From: a virus
Strand: one strand, 5' to 3'
Virus record (IMG/VR): IMGVR_UViG_3300006921_000009
Span: 1 to 64,000 of that record
Length of the DNA stretch: 64,000 bases
Part shown: one piece after another, positions 26,832-37,195 of the stretch
Layout: each line of letters starts with the position of its first letter
Numbering within the stretch: the stretch's first letter is position 1
Notes under the pieces: generated by a model
The model's database searches: none
What the model saw: only the letters and a program-made list of their open reading frames with translations
What the model was told of the DNA's origin: nothing
Program-made: the position numbers and the translations under genes

Positions 26832-27807
26832 AAATCTCCGTTAAATAATCATTTAATTCTTCTAAACCATACAATTCTGCATAATCTGATGCATCTTTAG
26901 TACCTTCTGGCATAAAGAATACAGGTAAACTATGTTGTCCTGCTAACTTAGCAGCTGCAACTTTACCTGGTTCATCGTTATCATACAGTAACATCACGCT
27001 CTCAAACCGCTCTCTAAGATTGGTTACTAAGTTTGGTGATATTGTGTTTGATTCTGCTTGTGGTGCTACAGCAGGGATTTCTAATTGCGATAATACCGCA
27101 ACATCCTTTAATGACTTAGTAATAATTACTAAATCTCCATTTGCTTGTAGTTGTGACCAACCCTGTATAATATTTTCAGGGCAATTACTTCTCCATTTCA
27201 ACTTTTTGTCTGCGTATGGTTGATAAATCTTCCATGCTTCTCTTTTGTCAGGTAATAATCCATTAAAATAGCCATACACATTACTACCACAGGCAGTATA
27301 TACGCTATTAATGAAAAAACCAGACAGAGGATAAATATTAAATTTCTCTAAAGTTGCTGAATGTAAACCATATTTGTCATACCAGTATTCCTTATCGTTT
27401 TGGTTAAACTTACGTGTACAAACACGTATATCTACTACTTGTTCTGGAATATCTGTAATATTAAAATTTGATTTACTAACGGCTACCCTATCATTTGATA
27501 AGGTAACCGTAGACAATAAATTTAGATTAAAATCTCTGTTTACCATTTCTAAAGCCTGTATAAACGTAACTCCGTACTTTGTCTGAATATAATCAAAACA
27601 ATCTCTTGTTTCTTGTTCAGAAAAATCTTTGTAAATTAGTTTATCCCCTGCTTTACATATACTGCAAGTAGGGTTTTTATCATTCCTTATTTCACTTCTA
27701 AAAGTTGCATAAAGTTTATTAAATGGACTACAGTAACTGTTAAATATGTCAAACTGATTGACTTTTTCCAATACATTAGCTTTGGTTAAGGGTTTCCTTA
27801 CATCCAT
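26794..27807 (-). CDS. dnaG: DnaG-like TOPRIM primase (crAss-like type)
   Basis: ITKSLKD, LLYDNDEPG, KDASDY motifs. Confidence 0.85.
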   Translation of the reverse strand: MDVRKPLTKANVLEKVNQFDIFNSYCSPFNKLYATFRSEIRNDKNPTCSICKAGDKLIYKDFSEQETRDCFDYIQTKYGVTFIQALEMVNRDFNLNLLSTVTLSNDRVAVSKSNFNITDIPEQVVDIRVCTRKFNQNDKEYWYDKYGLHSATLEKFNIYPLSGFFINSVYTACGSNVYGYFNGLLPDKREAWKIYQPYADKKLKWRSNCPENIIQGWSQLQANGDLVIITKSLKDVAVLSQLEIPAVAPQAESNTISPNLVTNLRERFESVMLLYDNDEPGKVAAAKLAGQHSLPVFFMPEGTKDASDYAELYGLEELNDYLTEIYEKYSYNSQLGS

Positions 27808-27832
27808 TGCTGTGCTTGTTTAACTAGTTATA

Positions 27833-28426
27833 TTAAAATACTATCTCTGCAGGTGTTGAACCATCAAAAGTTGTTGGTGTTGACTCCATAGTAGTTGGTG
27901 TAGGCATAACATACACATCGTACTTAGGGTTTGTAGAAAAAGTTGAAGGTGTTGTACCATCTAATTCAATAAAGTTTGGAAACTTAGGGAAGTTAGGGTA
28001 CCATTTACCGTTTGACTTGTTCTCTTTGTAGATAATTTTCATTGTGAAAGTTTTATCTGCTGCTTTAGGCAAAATGTGAGTTGCAACTGCAGAAATAAAT
28101 CCTACAAATGTTCCATCTCCATGTGCTTCTAAAATAGAGTAATACTCATCTTCAGAAACAATTTTAGTACAAATGTGAAGCATCTCACGGTTTACTTGTA
28201 CAATAGCCCATTCTTCTGTTGAATCCCAGAAAGAGTGAGTGAATTTTGCACCATTGCGTTGTCCTATAGTTAAGGTTGCTCTGTTTCCAACTGGGTTACC
28301 ATTTTGATCTTTAGCCATTTCTAAAGAAACTAATTTGTTACCTACTACTTGTTCTCCTACTAAGATAGGACTTGATCCGTTAGCACTAATTGCTACGCCT
28401 TCATTGTTTGTTCTTGATCCGTACAT
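27833..28426 (-). CDS. Putative single-stranded DNA-binding protein
   Basis: Between the ATPase and primase; beta-rich with a low-complexity tail ending in F. Confidence 0.45.
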   Translation of the reverse strand: MYGSRTNNEGVAISANGSSPILVGEQVVGNKLVSLEMAKDQNGNPVGNRATLTIGQRNGAKFTHSFWDSTEEWAIVQVNREMLHICTKIVSEDEYYSILEAHGDGTFVGFISAVATHILPKAADKTFTMKIIYKENKSNGKWYPNFPKFPNFIELDGTTPSTFSTNPKYDVYVMPTPTTMESTPTTFDGSTPAEIVF

Positions 28427-28523
28427 AAAATACTTGTTTAATTAATTAATAATGTGGAATTGTTTTAGATAGTTTACTATCTACTTCTCGGATCTTCGCT
28501 TTCTTTACTTTTATTACTTTCCA

Positions 28524-28913
28524 TTAAAATATAGGACTTACAGAAGCTGTTGGAGCTGCTGTTGGAAGTTCATCTGCAAATGCGTCATCTAACGCAGTTG
28601 GATAGTCTGTAGGTTCTGTTCCTGATACATCATCTTGTGTTTCCTCTACGTTCTCTGCAGGCATATCTTCCATAATCACTATACGTGTTGGTTTAGGGAT
28701 TACTACTTTAAGTCCTTTAAGTCTTGAATCTTGGAATAAAAGCGTTGTTTCTGCTTTTGTCATTCCGTACATTTCTTGAACTGAACCTAAGTCTGCATTA
28801 TAGCTAGGATCTCCTACTCTACGAGTAATACCTTTCTTTAATGCTAGTTTAATTTCTGCAATAGATACGTAAACTTTCTCACTTCTCTCTAAACCTTCAT
28901 TTTCTTCGCTCAT
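28524..28913 (-). CDS. Hypothetical protein with an acidic tail
   Basis: 129-aa ORF. Confidence 0.6.
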   Translation of the reverse strand: MSEENEGLERSEKVYVSIAEIKLALKKGITRRVGDPSYNADLGSVQEMYGMTKAETTLLFQDSRLKGLKVVIPKPTRIVIMEDMPAENVEETQDDVSGTEPTDYPTALDDAFADELPTAAPTASVSPIF

Positions 28914-28931
28914 CTTATTTGTTTTTAATAG

Positions 28932-29753
28932 TTACTTTTTAATTTTGTCTGGAAATACTAAGCTCCAGTCAATATTTGCTAATTCATTTGTTTCTTCGCT
29001 GTAATCTGCTACTTTGATTACTTGACCACGTAAATGATCACATCTAGAACCACATAGAATTTGGTCAGAGCTTTTAAAGTTAACTAAAACTTCACTGTCT
29101 TTACCTCTATGTAAGTATCCAATAGCATCAGCATCAGCACAAAGAATCTGCTTTAATTTACCAGTAAGATCTAAATCTTTGGCATCTACTTCTTTACCTG
29201 CTTTTTCAATAACAGAATCTTTTAAGTGACCTATAAGAATTACATTGTCAGCCAATTTCTTGATTTTTTCAATTAATTCCATAAAAGCCAATCTAAGATA
29301 AAGATAACCACTACCTTTAGGTAGTATTCTTACGTCATCTCCTGTAAAACCTTTCCCCATAGGAGTAGCTCTATACTTTTCTGCTGCTAAAGATAGACAC
29401 ATATCTTCCATTCTTGTTACAGTATCTACAGTAATAAAATCATAAGGTCTACCGGCTAGCATAATTGCTTTACCTGCTTCCATTAAGTAATACTGAGGTA
29501 CTTCTAATGCCATACGAGCATCAAAGGATTCTTGTGTCTCATTAGCTGGTGCATTAATACCAATAATATGCATACTTAAAGAATCTAGGAACTGAGTCCC
29601 TCCCTCTAAGTCTAATATCATATTGCCTGGTAAAGTACTTACTAATGTAGTCTTACCCATCTTAGGACTAGAATATAGGATAGTTACCCTAGGATCTCGT
29701 CTAGATGGCTTGCTCTTAACTGGTAGTTTAATTTCTCTACTCATTTGTTGCAA
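28932..29753 (-). CDS. AAA_24 / Sak4-like ATPase (recombination)
   Basis: SSPKMGKTT Walker A, ILDLEGG, ITVDT, ILIGH, ADAIGY. Confidence 0.8.
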   Translation of the reverse strand: MQQMSREIKLPVKSKPSRRDPRVTILYSSPKMGKTTLVSTLPGNMILDLEGGTQFLDSLSMHIIGINAPANETQESFDARMALEVPQYYLMEAGKAIMLAGRPYDFITVDTVTRMEDMCLSLAAEKYRATPMGKGFTGDDVRILPKGSGYLYLRLAFMELIEKIKKLADNVILIGHLKDSVIEKAGKEVDAKDLDLTGKLKQILCADADAIGYLHRGKDSEVLVNFKSSDQILCGSRCDHLRGQVIKVADYSEETNELANIDWSLVFPDKIKK

Positions 29754-29779
29754 TTTTTGTGTTAATAATAAAATGTTGA

Positions 29780-30925
29780 TTATAGATCAGGATTCTGTAC
29801 CCATATGCCATTTATGTCTTGAACATATTTTGCTCTCTTGTTGGTCATGGTTGATGCCATTGTTTCTATATCTTCATTCATGTCTTTTTGTCTAGGTAAT
29901 TCTCTGAATGTACCTGCTGGACCTATAAAATTCAAACCTAAATTAATATTAGGCTCTCCATCACGATTTTCTAGTATTTCTAAGTTACGATAAGTGTTAC
30001 CTAACGTATTCATATTGTACCCTTGAAATCTCTCAATGTTGTGTCTATACGGGCTAAATAACGTCATAATAACGTTCGCATCCCTTGTTGTATATTTACT
30101 ATCACCGAAATCTTTTAGTGTTGGTGTAAGCCTATTACTTTTATGTCTTTCATCACTCTCAGAGTCAAATGCCATCTGCTGAATTACAACAGGTGACGCT
30201 CCGTAGTTATTACGTAGTTGTACAAGATACTGACTCATTTTGTCAATATTTTGTTTTGTACTAAATCCACGTTCTTCTAACATTAAAGCGATATGGTCAA
30301 TAAAAATTAACCAATACCTTTTAGGATTGTGAGGTTTATAACTGTCAAATCTCATAATAGGAGCTTGATCAGTATTTTTATTAATGTTCTTCATCTTAAC
30401 TTCGCCAAATGATTTAGCTTTGTTAAGTAAATACTTATTAATACCAGTAGGATTGTCAGGCATATCATGCACTGTGACTACATCCTCCATTTCATCAAAG
30501 TATGCTTTGTACTTCAATACTAGCTCATATAATTCATCACTACAATGATTCTCTCCACGTGATAGTATAGTATTAGCATCAGCTACGATACCGTAGTCAT
30601 GCCATATCTTTCTACTAATACCTTTAAGAATCTTTGTTTTTTTATCTATCTCATAAGAGAAATAATCTATATCTAACTCAAAGCCATTAAGTTCGCCTGC
30701 GTCTTTAAGATTTTTGTAATAATCATATGCGCCATAATAAAATACATCATCTGCAAATGAAGTTTTACCTACCTTAGTACCAGCACCTATTAAATAATAA
30801 GTACTTTGTTGTATATTAGGTAAGTATTTCTTCAGTCTTTGAAATGGAATAGGAATACCTTTGTTTTCACCAGCTCTACCACCATCAATGGTATCTCTAG
30901 CTTCATCAAATCCTGTTTTTATCAT
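29780..30925 (-). CDS. dnaB: DnaB-like replicative helicase
   Basis: GAGTKVGKT, FSYE, IFIDH, VVIQQ, DFGDSK..RDAN, ENRDG. Confidence 0.85.
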   Translation of the reverse strand: MIKTGFDEARDTIDGGRAGENKGIPIPFQRLKKYLPNIQQSTYYLIGAGTKVGKTSFADDVFYYGAYDYYKNLKDAGELNGFELDIDYFSYEIDKKTKILKGISRKIWHDYGIVADANTILSRGENHCSDELYELVLKYKAYFDEMEDVVTVHDMPDNPTGINKYLLNKAKSFGEVKMKNINKNTDQAPIMRFDSYKPHNPKRYWLIFIDHIALMLEERGFSTKQNIDKMSQYLVQLRNNYGASPVVIQQMAFDSESDERHKSNRLTPTLKDFGDSKYTTRDANVIMTLFSPYRHNIERFQGYNMNTLGNTYRNLEILENRDGEPNINLGLNFIGPAGTFRELPRQKDMNEDIETMASTMTNKRAKYVQDINGIWVQNPDL

Positions 30926-30931
30926 AGTATA

Positions 30932-31510
30932 TTATATTTCTTTGTGCCAAGAACTTCCACCACCACTCTCTGTGTTGGCTAATGAACTTCCCCTATCTGC
31001 AACATCTTCTATCATAGCACCTAACATAGAGCTATTGTTTTTGTTGATAAAATAGTCAGCACATATCATGAATTTATAAGAGTTTAAGCTACACTCATAG
31101 ACATATTGTCTAGTTGCAGCTATAATTTGCTCTTTAGTAATAGACGGGTTAAGTCTAACAAATGTACGTAACTTTTTAGCTACGCCTTGTTTATCTCCTC
31201 TAACTGGTCTACCACCTGATTTTACACCTTTAGGAAATAATCCACGCCATTCTTCTATCCAGTCCTCTTGTACCTTTACAGGTTTTTTAGTGACTATGTT
31301 AAAGATTGCGCTTGTTTTTCCTTTTAATGCCACCTCTCCGTCTCTAAGACGTACGTAACCAAGTTCTTCTAACTTGACATTCATATGTCCTTTTAACTTA
31401 TTAGAGGCATTAGGGTAAGGTTGCTCAAAATACAATGATGCTAAATAACAATACAATGATGGCGTTAAATTTAATTTCTCTAAATCATTAAGGTTTAGTA
31501 AAATTTCCAT
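30932..31510 (-). CDS. Hypothetical replication protein (candidate initiator or helicase loader)
   Basis: Immediately upstream of DnaB; wHTH-like N-terminus. Confidence 0.45.
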   Translation of the reverse strand: MEILLNLNDLEKLNLTPSLYCYLASLYFEQPYPNASNKLKGHMNVKLEELGYVRLRDGEVALKGKTSAIFNIVTKKPVKVQEDWIEEWRGLFPKGVKSGGRPVRGDKQGVAKKLRTFVRLNPSITKEQIIAATRQYVYECSLNSYKFMICADYFINKNNSSMLGAMIEDVADRGSSLANTESGGGSSWHKEI

Positions 31511-31521
31511 ACTTGTTTGTT

Positions 31522-32652
31522 TTACGATTGCCCGTCATTCTTAATACGATTTATAGTAGCAACTAGTGCTTCAAAATCATCTACATTAATAACGTTAAAT
31601 CCTTCTTGTGATGTTCTTACCCACTTTTCTTCTACAGAATCCCTCACGTATGTCCTAATGGCTATACTGTGCTTTCCATCCATATCCTTACGTAACAATC
31701 TACCTAAAGTTTGTATTTGTTGTCTTTCTTTGGCGTATCTAGCCAATAAAATACCAAATACTAATCTCGGTAACGTTACTCCCTCATCAAATATCTTAGG
31801 TACAGACATAGTCCGTACATTAGTATCTGAGTCAGAGAAAAGTGCCAGGCGTTTTGCCCGTTGTTTTGCTGAGTGACCACTATGTATTGCTACACAGTCA
31901 TCTCCTAGTTTAGCTGCAACATCTTCAGAGAATTTCTTGTTTAATGAAAATATGATACCATACTCATTAGGAAATAATCCTACGATGTCTTCTGCTGCTT
32001 GTAACTTTTGTTCAGCTGAATATATTAGCCTGGAACGTTGTCCTATCTTCTTCCAAGATTGTTTTTGAAACTGTTGCCACGAGTAATCAATTTGTTCTGT
32101 TAGTTCTTTATACTTAGCTCTTTCAGCCGGTGTAAGATAAACAGGATAATTGATGATTGTGAAATCAGCTATAAAACCCTCCTCCTGAACATCTTCCATA
32201 TTAAGCTCATCTACTACAGGAATGTAATAACTAAGCATACGTATTTGTTCTGGTGTTAAGGAAGCAGACAAACCAAGGATTCCTTTGGCTGTTACTTTTG
32301 TAAAAAATGGCATTTTGTTGTCAGTAGTTACGTGATGAACCTCATCAAGTACAACTGCGCTGTAGGAATTGCCATCCTGTTTTCTAATAGATGCGTAGCA
32401 AATGAATTTGCATTGCTTTAATAGATGTTCTTTGTTAAATTTAGTAAACTCTTCTTTAAAGTTAACTATAACAGCATCTGTAGGGCATACTATTAACACT
32501 TCTTCTTCAGGATATGCTTTTACAAACTGTTCTATTACTAGAAGTCCTGCAAAAGTTTTACCTGTCCCTGTAACGTACTTAAGGATACCACGGCATTGAT
32601 TGCCTACCCATTTACGTAGTCCGTTACGGATCAGTTCTTCTCTCCTATTCAT
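31522..32652 (-). CDS. Superfamily 2 (DExH) helicase
   Basis: TGTGKT, LDEVH, LSAS, FDEGV, QTLGRLLR. Confidence 0.9.
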   Translation of the reverse strand: MNRREELIRNGLRKWVGNQCRGILKYVTGTGKTFAGLLVIEQFVKAYPEEEVLIVCPTDAVIVNFKEEFTKFNKEHLLKQCKFICYASIRKQDGNSYSAVVLDEVHHVTTDNKMPFFTKVTAKGILGLSASLTPEQIRMLSYYIPVVDELNMEDVQEEGFIADFTIINYPVYLTPAERAKYKELTEQIDYSWQQFQKQSWKKIGQRSRLIYSAEQKLQAAEDIVGLFPNEYGIIFSLNKKFSEDVAAKLGDDCVAIHSGHSAKQRAKRLALFSDSDTNVRTMSVPKIFDEGVTLPRLVFGILLARYAKERQQIQTLGRLLRKDMDGKHSIAIRTYVRDSVEEKWVRTSQEGFNVINVDDFEALVATINRIKNDGQS

Positions 32653-34643
32653 TAGTGTGTCCAGTATTTCTCAATACACGCTTCTGCTTTTAATGGTACT
32701 CTTCTACACCATACATCACCTGCTGATTCCATATTCCTTTGCAACATTTCTGCTGCATAAGTTTGATGTTTCTCTGTACTTTCTAAGATAATCTCATCGT
32801 GTACAGTAGCTACAATCTTAATTTCATCTAGCAAACCTTTAGCTGTAAGCTCGTCTTGTATTAAAACTAGAGCAAACTTAGTGATACTTCCTGCTTCTCC
32901 TTGAATAATATAATTCATAGCAGCACGTTCCATAGCACCCTTTAGTTTATTGACAGTCTTTTTATCTCCACGATAATCAGCAGCTCTAAGAGCTTTAATA
33001 TCTTTGTAATAAAACTTACGTTTAGAAATTGTATCTATCAATATATAACCTTGGTTTAATGACTTAGCTTTACTACGCTCAAAGAACTCTAAGAGTCCAG
33101 GGAAAGCACTAAAGTAATCATTAAATACAGCTTCGCCTCTCTCTGCAGAAAGACCTAAGTTTTTAGCAATAGTGTGTCCATTACCACCATAAGCTAACGC
33201 AAAACCAGCACCCTTAGCAATCTGACGTAAATCAGGTCTCTGCTTTTTAATGTTATCTAAATCAATACCCTCTAGTTCTTCAGGGAATAGTTTAGACGCA
33301 ATATAAGAGTGCATATCATTAAAATCTCCATCATAAAATGCTAGTAAATCCTTGTCCATAGACTTGTTTACTAATATAATACTTTCTTGACCAGAATAAT
33401 CTGCGTTAATCATACTACAACCATCAGGTGCATCAAATGCATACCTAAATTGGTCTTGTCTAGGGTCTCCATGCTCATAATCCATATCTAAAGTAGACGG
33501 AATATTTTGCTGATTAGGTGAACTAGAACTCATCCTACCTGTATTAACAAGTTGATTGTAGTTAGAGTGTATCCTTTTTGTCAAAGGATTAATGTGTTTT
33601 AAGAAATTCTCGCCAAATGTTGTGACAGCTTGTCTGTATTCCATTGTATTTAAGTACAATTTGACAAAATCTCTCACTTTATCTGACAAATCAGCAGTAA
33701 CCAATAAGGCTTCTACTTCTTTTGCCTCTACTGTGTAGCTCATCTTTTTGGTAGCTTTAGATTTTGCAACTGGGCAACAACCTAAGTACTTAAAGAACTC
33801 TACAACTTGTTTAGACGATGACCATTGTATAGCACACGTAAAACCGGGGTTAAACATATCTAATTGTCTATCTACGAATGGTGAATCAGGATAATTTTCC
33901 ATAACGTGGGCATCTAATTGCCTTGTCTGGTCTTTAAACTTTATTAGATTCTTTTGATATGTATTTAACCATTTCTCAGAGTTAAAGTTCATACCATTAA
34001 ATTCCATCTCGCCTAATACAGCTGTTACTCTAAATTCTAGTCTACATACATTGGCTAAATCTTTTTTCTCAAGTTCTACCAATTGCATATCTCTAATCTT
34101 TAGAGGTAACTCTATATCTTCTGCACCATATTTAATCTCCTCTGTTGTAAAAGGTCTATCTCCTATGGTAAGAAAACTAAGTCTAATAGCTTTATCTACT
34201 TCTATGTCTAAATAACGTAGAATTAGAGCTTTTAGCCCGTACTCTAAATGATAACCATTGTGTAATAGCTTTTCTGCTATCATTGTATCATATAGAGCAT
34301 TAATACGAACACCATACTTAGATAGTATGTGCTTGTACTCAAATTTAATGTTATGACCAACCAGAGTAATGTCTGGGTTAGTAAGAACAGGTAATAATAA
34401 GGTAATGTCTACGTTTCTTGTATCAATTATGTACTGTACATCAACATCACCTATTTGCAACATAACTATATCAGAAGTGTGTGGGTCTAAGCCCTCTATG
34501 TGAAACCACTTGTTGTATTTTCTCGTTGTTTCAATATCCAATCCGAGCAGGGTTCTAGTGTTACAATAGGTCACACATTCTTCTATAGTCGCTAATTCAT
34601 AAGGCGTATCTATGCTAGTTTGGTTTGTTACCAATTTAATCAT
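32652..34643 (-). CDS. polA: DNA polymerase family A with 3'-5' exonuclease domain
   Basis: LDIET, GHNIKFE, YGAED; TGRMSS, DYSGQE, RQIAKGAGFALAYG, VHDE. Confidence 0.95.
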   Translation of the reverse strand: MIKLVTNQTSIDTPYELATIEECVTYCNTRTLLGLDIETTRKYNKWFHIEGLDPHTSDIVMLQIGDVDVQYIIDTRNVDITLLLPVLTNPDITLVGHNIKFEYKHILSKYGVRINALYDTMIAEKLLHNGYHLEYGLKALILRYLDIEVDKAIRLSFLTIGDRPFTTEEIKYGAEDIELPLKIRDMQLVELEKKDLANVCRLEFRVTAVLGEMEFNGMNFNSEKWLNTYQKNLIKFKDQTRQLDAHVMENYPDSPFVDRQLDMFNPGFTCAIQWSSSKQVVEFFKYLGCCPVAKSKATKKMSYTVEAKEVEALLVTADLSDKVRDFVKLYLNTMEYRQAVTTFGENFLKHINPLTKRIHSNYNQLVNTGRMSSSSPNQQNIPSTLDMDYEHGDPRQDQFRYAFDAPDGCSMINADYSGQESIILVNKSMDKDLLAFYDGDFNDMHSYIASKLFPEELEGIDLDNIKKQRPDLRQIAKGAGFALAYGGNGHTIAKNLGLSAERGEAVFNDYFSAFPGLLEFFERSKAKSLNQGYILIDTISKRKFYYKDIKALRAADYRGDKKTVNKLKGAMERAAMNYIIQGEAGSITKFALVLIQDELTAKGLLDEIKIVATVHDEIILESTEKHQTYAAEMLQRNMESAGDVWCRRVPLKAEACIEKYWTH

Positions 34644-34664
34644 AATTATACGCTTTACTTATTA

Positions 34665-34901
34665 TTAAATGCATTCTACATCATACAATGCCAGGATAGG
34701 GTTAGGCATGTCTTCTGTTTCTGCGTTAGTACTGAATACTTCGTTTAAGTTATAAACATAAGTACACTCAGTAATGAATTGTATCATTTCTTTTTCTGTG
34801 GTAAATTCTATAATACCTGAATCTTTGCATTCTGACATAAAAGCTGTGTGATCATCATTGTCATCACACGCATAATGTACAGTAAATTTTTCTTCGTTCA
34901 T
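34665..34901 (-). CDS. Acidic hypothetical protein
   Basis: 78-aa ORF. Confidence 0.55.
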   Translation of the reverse strand: MNEEKFTVHYACDDNDDHTAFMSECKDSGIIEFTTEKEMIQFITECTYVYNLNEVFSTNAETEDMPNPILALYDVECI

Positions 34902-34921
34902 TTTTGTTAGTTTATGATATT

Positions 34922-34958
34922 AATAAAATAATGCCCAGAGTCATCACTCTCCGGGCAT
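34922..34958 (-). terminator. Intrinsic terminator-like hairpin
   Basis: AUGCCCGGAG...CUCUGGGCAU followed by UAUUUUAUU. Confidence 0.6.
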
Positions 34959-35083
34959 CTTTAACCTTAAGGTTTTTTATTTAATGTAAGTTAACCTAAA
35001 ACTTACTTGTGATCCCCTACAAGGTTGCGACCCTTGATAAATCCGCTTGAATAGGGGAAATAGCCGAAGCTATTATGGTATTC

Positions 35084-35521
35084 TTATGCTTCCTCTGATA
35101 TAGTATCAAGACGAGCAATACGTTCGTTAATTTGAGCTGTTTCTTCTGCAAGAGACTCCTCATATGCTGTAACAATAGTAGCACGTTTTTCTACAAGAGT
35201 TTGAACATTAGCCTTTGCTAATTCAATTCCTCTCCAGTAAGAAGGTACTAATAAATCAATGTCAGCGTTAGACGCTACATCTGCTACATTAACGTTTAAG
35301 AACGCGGCATCAACTGCATCCTGTGCATCTGCTTCTGCTTCTGTTAAATCTTCTATAGAACGGTTATAGTTAAATTCTAATAACTCTACTCTTTTGTTAA
35401 GAGTTTCTATCTCACGTGCAAGGTTTTTACGTACTTTCGCAAAGAAAGTTTCTAATTTACCTGCATCTCCAAGCTCATTGTGAGCTACAATTTTGTTAAT
35501 TAAATTAAATTCTGAATTCAT
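35084..35521 (-). CDS. Coiled-coil hypothetical protein
   Basis: 145 aa, heptad-rich. Confidence 0.65.
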   Translation of the reverse strand: MNSEFNLINKIVAHNELGDAGKLETFFAKVRKNLAREIETLNKRVELLEFNYNRSIEDLTEAEADAQDAVDAAFLNVNVADVASNADIDLLVPSYWRGIELAKANVQTLVEKRATIVTAYEESLAEETAQINERIARLDTISEEA

Positions 35522-35540
35522 GTTGTTTGTTTTTGTTTTA

Positions 35541-36272
35541 TTAATAAATCGTTAACTTCTCTATTTTTAAGCTATCTAAATCTGTACTGTTATATAGCAT
35601 TTCTTTTGGTGATAAGTTTTTATTGACAACTACGTTATCCCCGTGTCTAGCATCTATTGTAATTACACTATTACGTCGTACAGCGCATTCTCTCTTTAAT
35701 AGATTAATTAGAGCATCAGTACTTTCTCCGTACTCATCATTTTCTAAATAATAACCTTGATAATCTTCTGTTATATGCATAACTACTGCTTCAGGTGTAT
35801 TACTTTCTACAAAAGAATCTATATCTACAGGTGCTATACCTAAAAGATCATAAATATAATCCCAACACTCTAATGTTGCAGATTCAGGTATTATCATCCC
35901 ATCAGTAACCTTGTAGTTAATAGAAGCCTCATCTGTTACAAAACTTACGTAGCTACCTACTTTGTAGATTCTATCGTACTCTTCTTCCTCTTCTTCTTCA
36001 GGATATGCTATACTCATATACTCATTAGCAGCTTCCTGCGCCTCCTCAAGTGTAGTAAACAAAGCTATACTATCGTCATCTTCTTTATAACCTATCTCAA
36101 AAAACAGCTCATAGTCTTCATCTAAATACAAGACGTTAGTCTCAGTGTTATAGTCATATACATAATAGATCTCTCCTACTAAAAAATGTTGATTGTTTCC
36201 TCTTGTAAACACAAGATAGTTATTTAATGCTAAATCTATATCATGTTCTAAACTGGTAAATTCTACTCTCAT
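35541..36272 (-). CDS. Highly acidic hypothetical protein
   Basis: 243 aa, poly-E tract, D/E/Y rich. Confidence 0.65.
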   Translation of the reverse strand: MRVEFTSLEHDIDLALNNYLVFTRGNNQHFLVGEIYYVYDYNTETNVLYLDEDYELFFEIGYKEDDDSIALFTTLEEAQEAANEYMSIAYPEEEEEEEYDRIYKVGSYVSFVTDEASINYKVTDGMIIPESATLECWDYIYDLLGIAPVDIDSFVESNTPEAVVMHITEDYQGYYLENDEYGESTDALINLLKRECAVRRNSVITIDARHGDNVVVNKNLSPKEMLYNSTDLDSLKIEKLTIY

Positions 36273-36382
36273 TTTCTTGTTTAATTTGGTTTAATTAATG
36301 CAAATAAAATTACAAAGCGCAGTAGTCTACTGATTCCCTAAAGGAACAAACTATTTAATTTATCGCTGGTAATTTTAATGTT

Positions 36383-36658
36383 TTAGAATTGAGATACTAA
36401 GTACAATGTACCTAATAGAGCAAGAACAGCACCTACACTAGCCATAACGTTACGTTTTGCTGGTGTTTTACGTTCTGCACAACAATCTTTTGCTTCCTCA
36501 CGATTTAACTCTTGTCTGGCAATAAAGTCAGCCATTTCATCACAAGCGTAATGTACAGCTGTTGTGTTGTTACTCTTACGTCCCATTGCAGTTAATCTAT
36601 CTTTGATAATCTCCAAAGACTCCTGTGACGGTGTGTAAATTCTTCTTTTGTTTTGCAT
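36383..36658 (-). CDS. Hypothetical protein with a C-terminal TM anchor
   Basis: Ends VGAVLALLGTLYLVSQF. Confidence 0.6.
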   Translation of the reverse strand: MQNKRRIYTPSQESLEIIKDRLTAMGRKSNNTTAVHYACDEMADFIARQELNREEAKDCCAERKTPAKRNVMASVGAVLALLGTLYLVSQF

Positions 36659-36676
36659 TCTATATTTATTTGTGGA

Positions 36677-37150
36677 TTACTGTTTAATTAGGTACATTAA
36701 ATTACCTGTAAGTTGTGTGAACGTATCTGCTGTAAAATTTGTTACTGTTATACAGGCAGGTCCACCGTACCAGAATATGAACTCTATTTCACAATCTGTG
36801 TCTAAACTATAAGTATTAAATTGGTACCCTACTACTTCTCCTATTTTATTAACTACAGGCTTACTGTAGCTTACTAAATAAAAAAGATGGTTTACACATT
36901 TATAGTCTTTATTAAAGTCCATTTGCATAATGTAGGATATACCTTTATCTTCTACTATAGAAAAAGTAGTTGGTCCCTCTACGAGGACATCTAATAGCAA
37001 ATTCTCTGCTATTCTATGATCTAAATTTTCTGATTCTGTAATTTGATACTGTGTAAATTGTACTTGTCCATACAAATTGTTGTTTGCACAAAGCATTAGT
37101 ATAAAACTTCCCGCAAGGAAAAGTAATAATTTAAATGTTGATTCTTTCAT
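36677..37150 (-). CDS. Secreted hypothetical protein
   Basis: Bacteroidota-style signal peptide ending ..LYG-Q. Confidence 0.6.
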   Translation of the reverse strand: MKESTFKLLLFLAGSFILMLCANNNLYGQVQFTQYQITESENLDHRIAENLLLDVLVEGPTTFSIVEDKGISYIMQMDFNKDYKCVNHLFYLVSYSKPVVNKIGEVVGYQFNTYSLDTDCEIEFIFWYGGPACITVTNFTADTFTQLTGNLMYLIKQ

Positions 37151-37195
37151 AATCTTTCTTTTAATGATTAATAATTAATTGATGATATAATAGCC

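Noticed and set aside
26794-27807. Inactive primase (TOPRIM EGxxD replaced by KSLKD; zinc-finger Cys reduced)
   Set aside because: The DxD motif is intact, and to my knowledge this variant is usual in crAss-like primases; not treated as a pseudogene.
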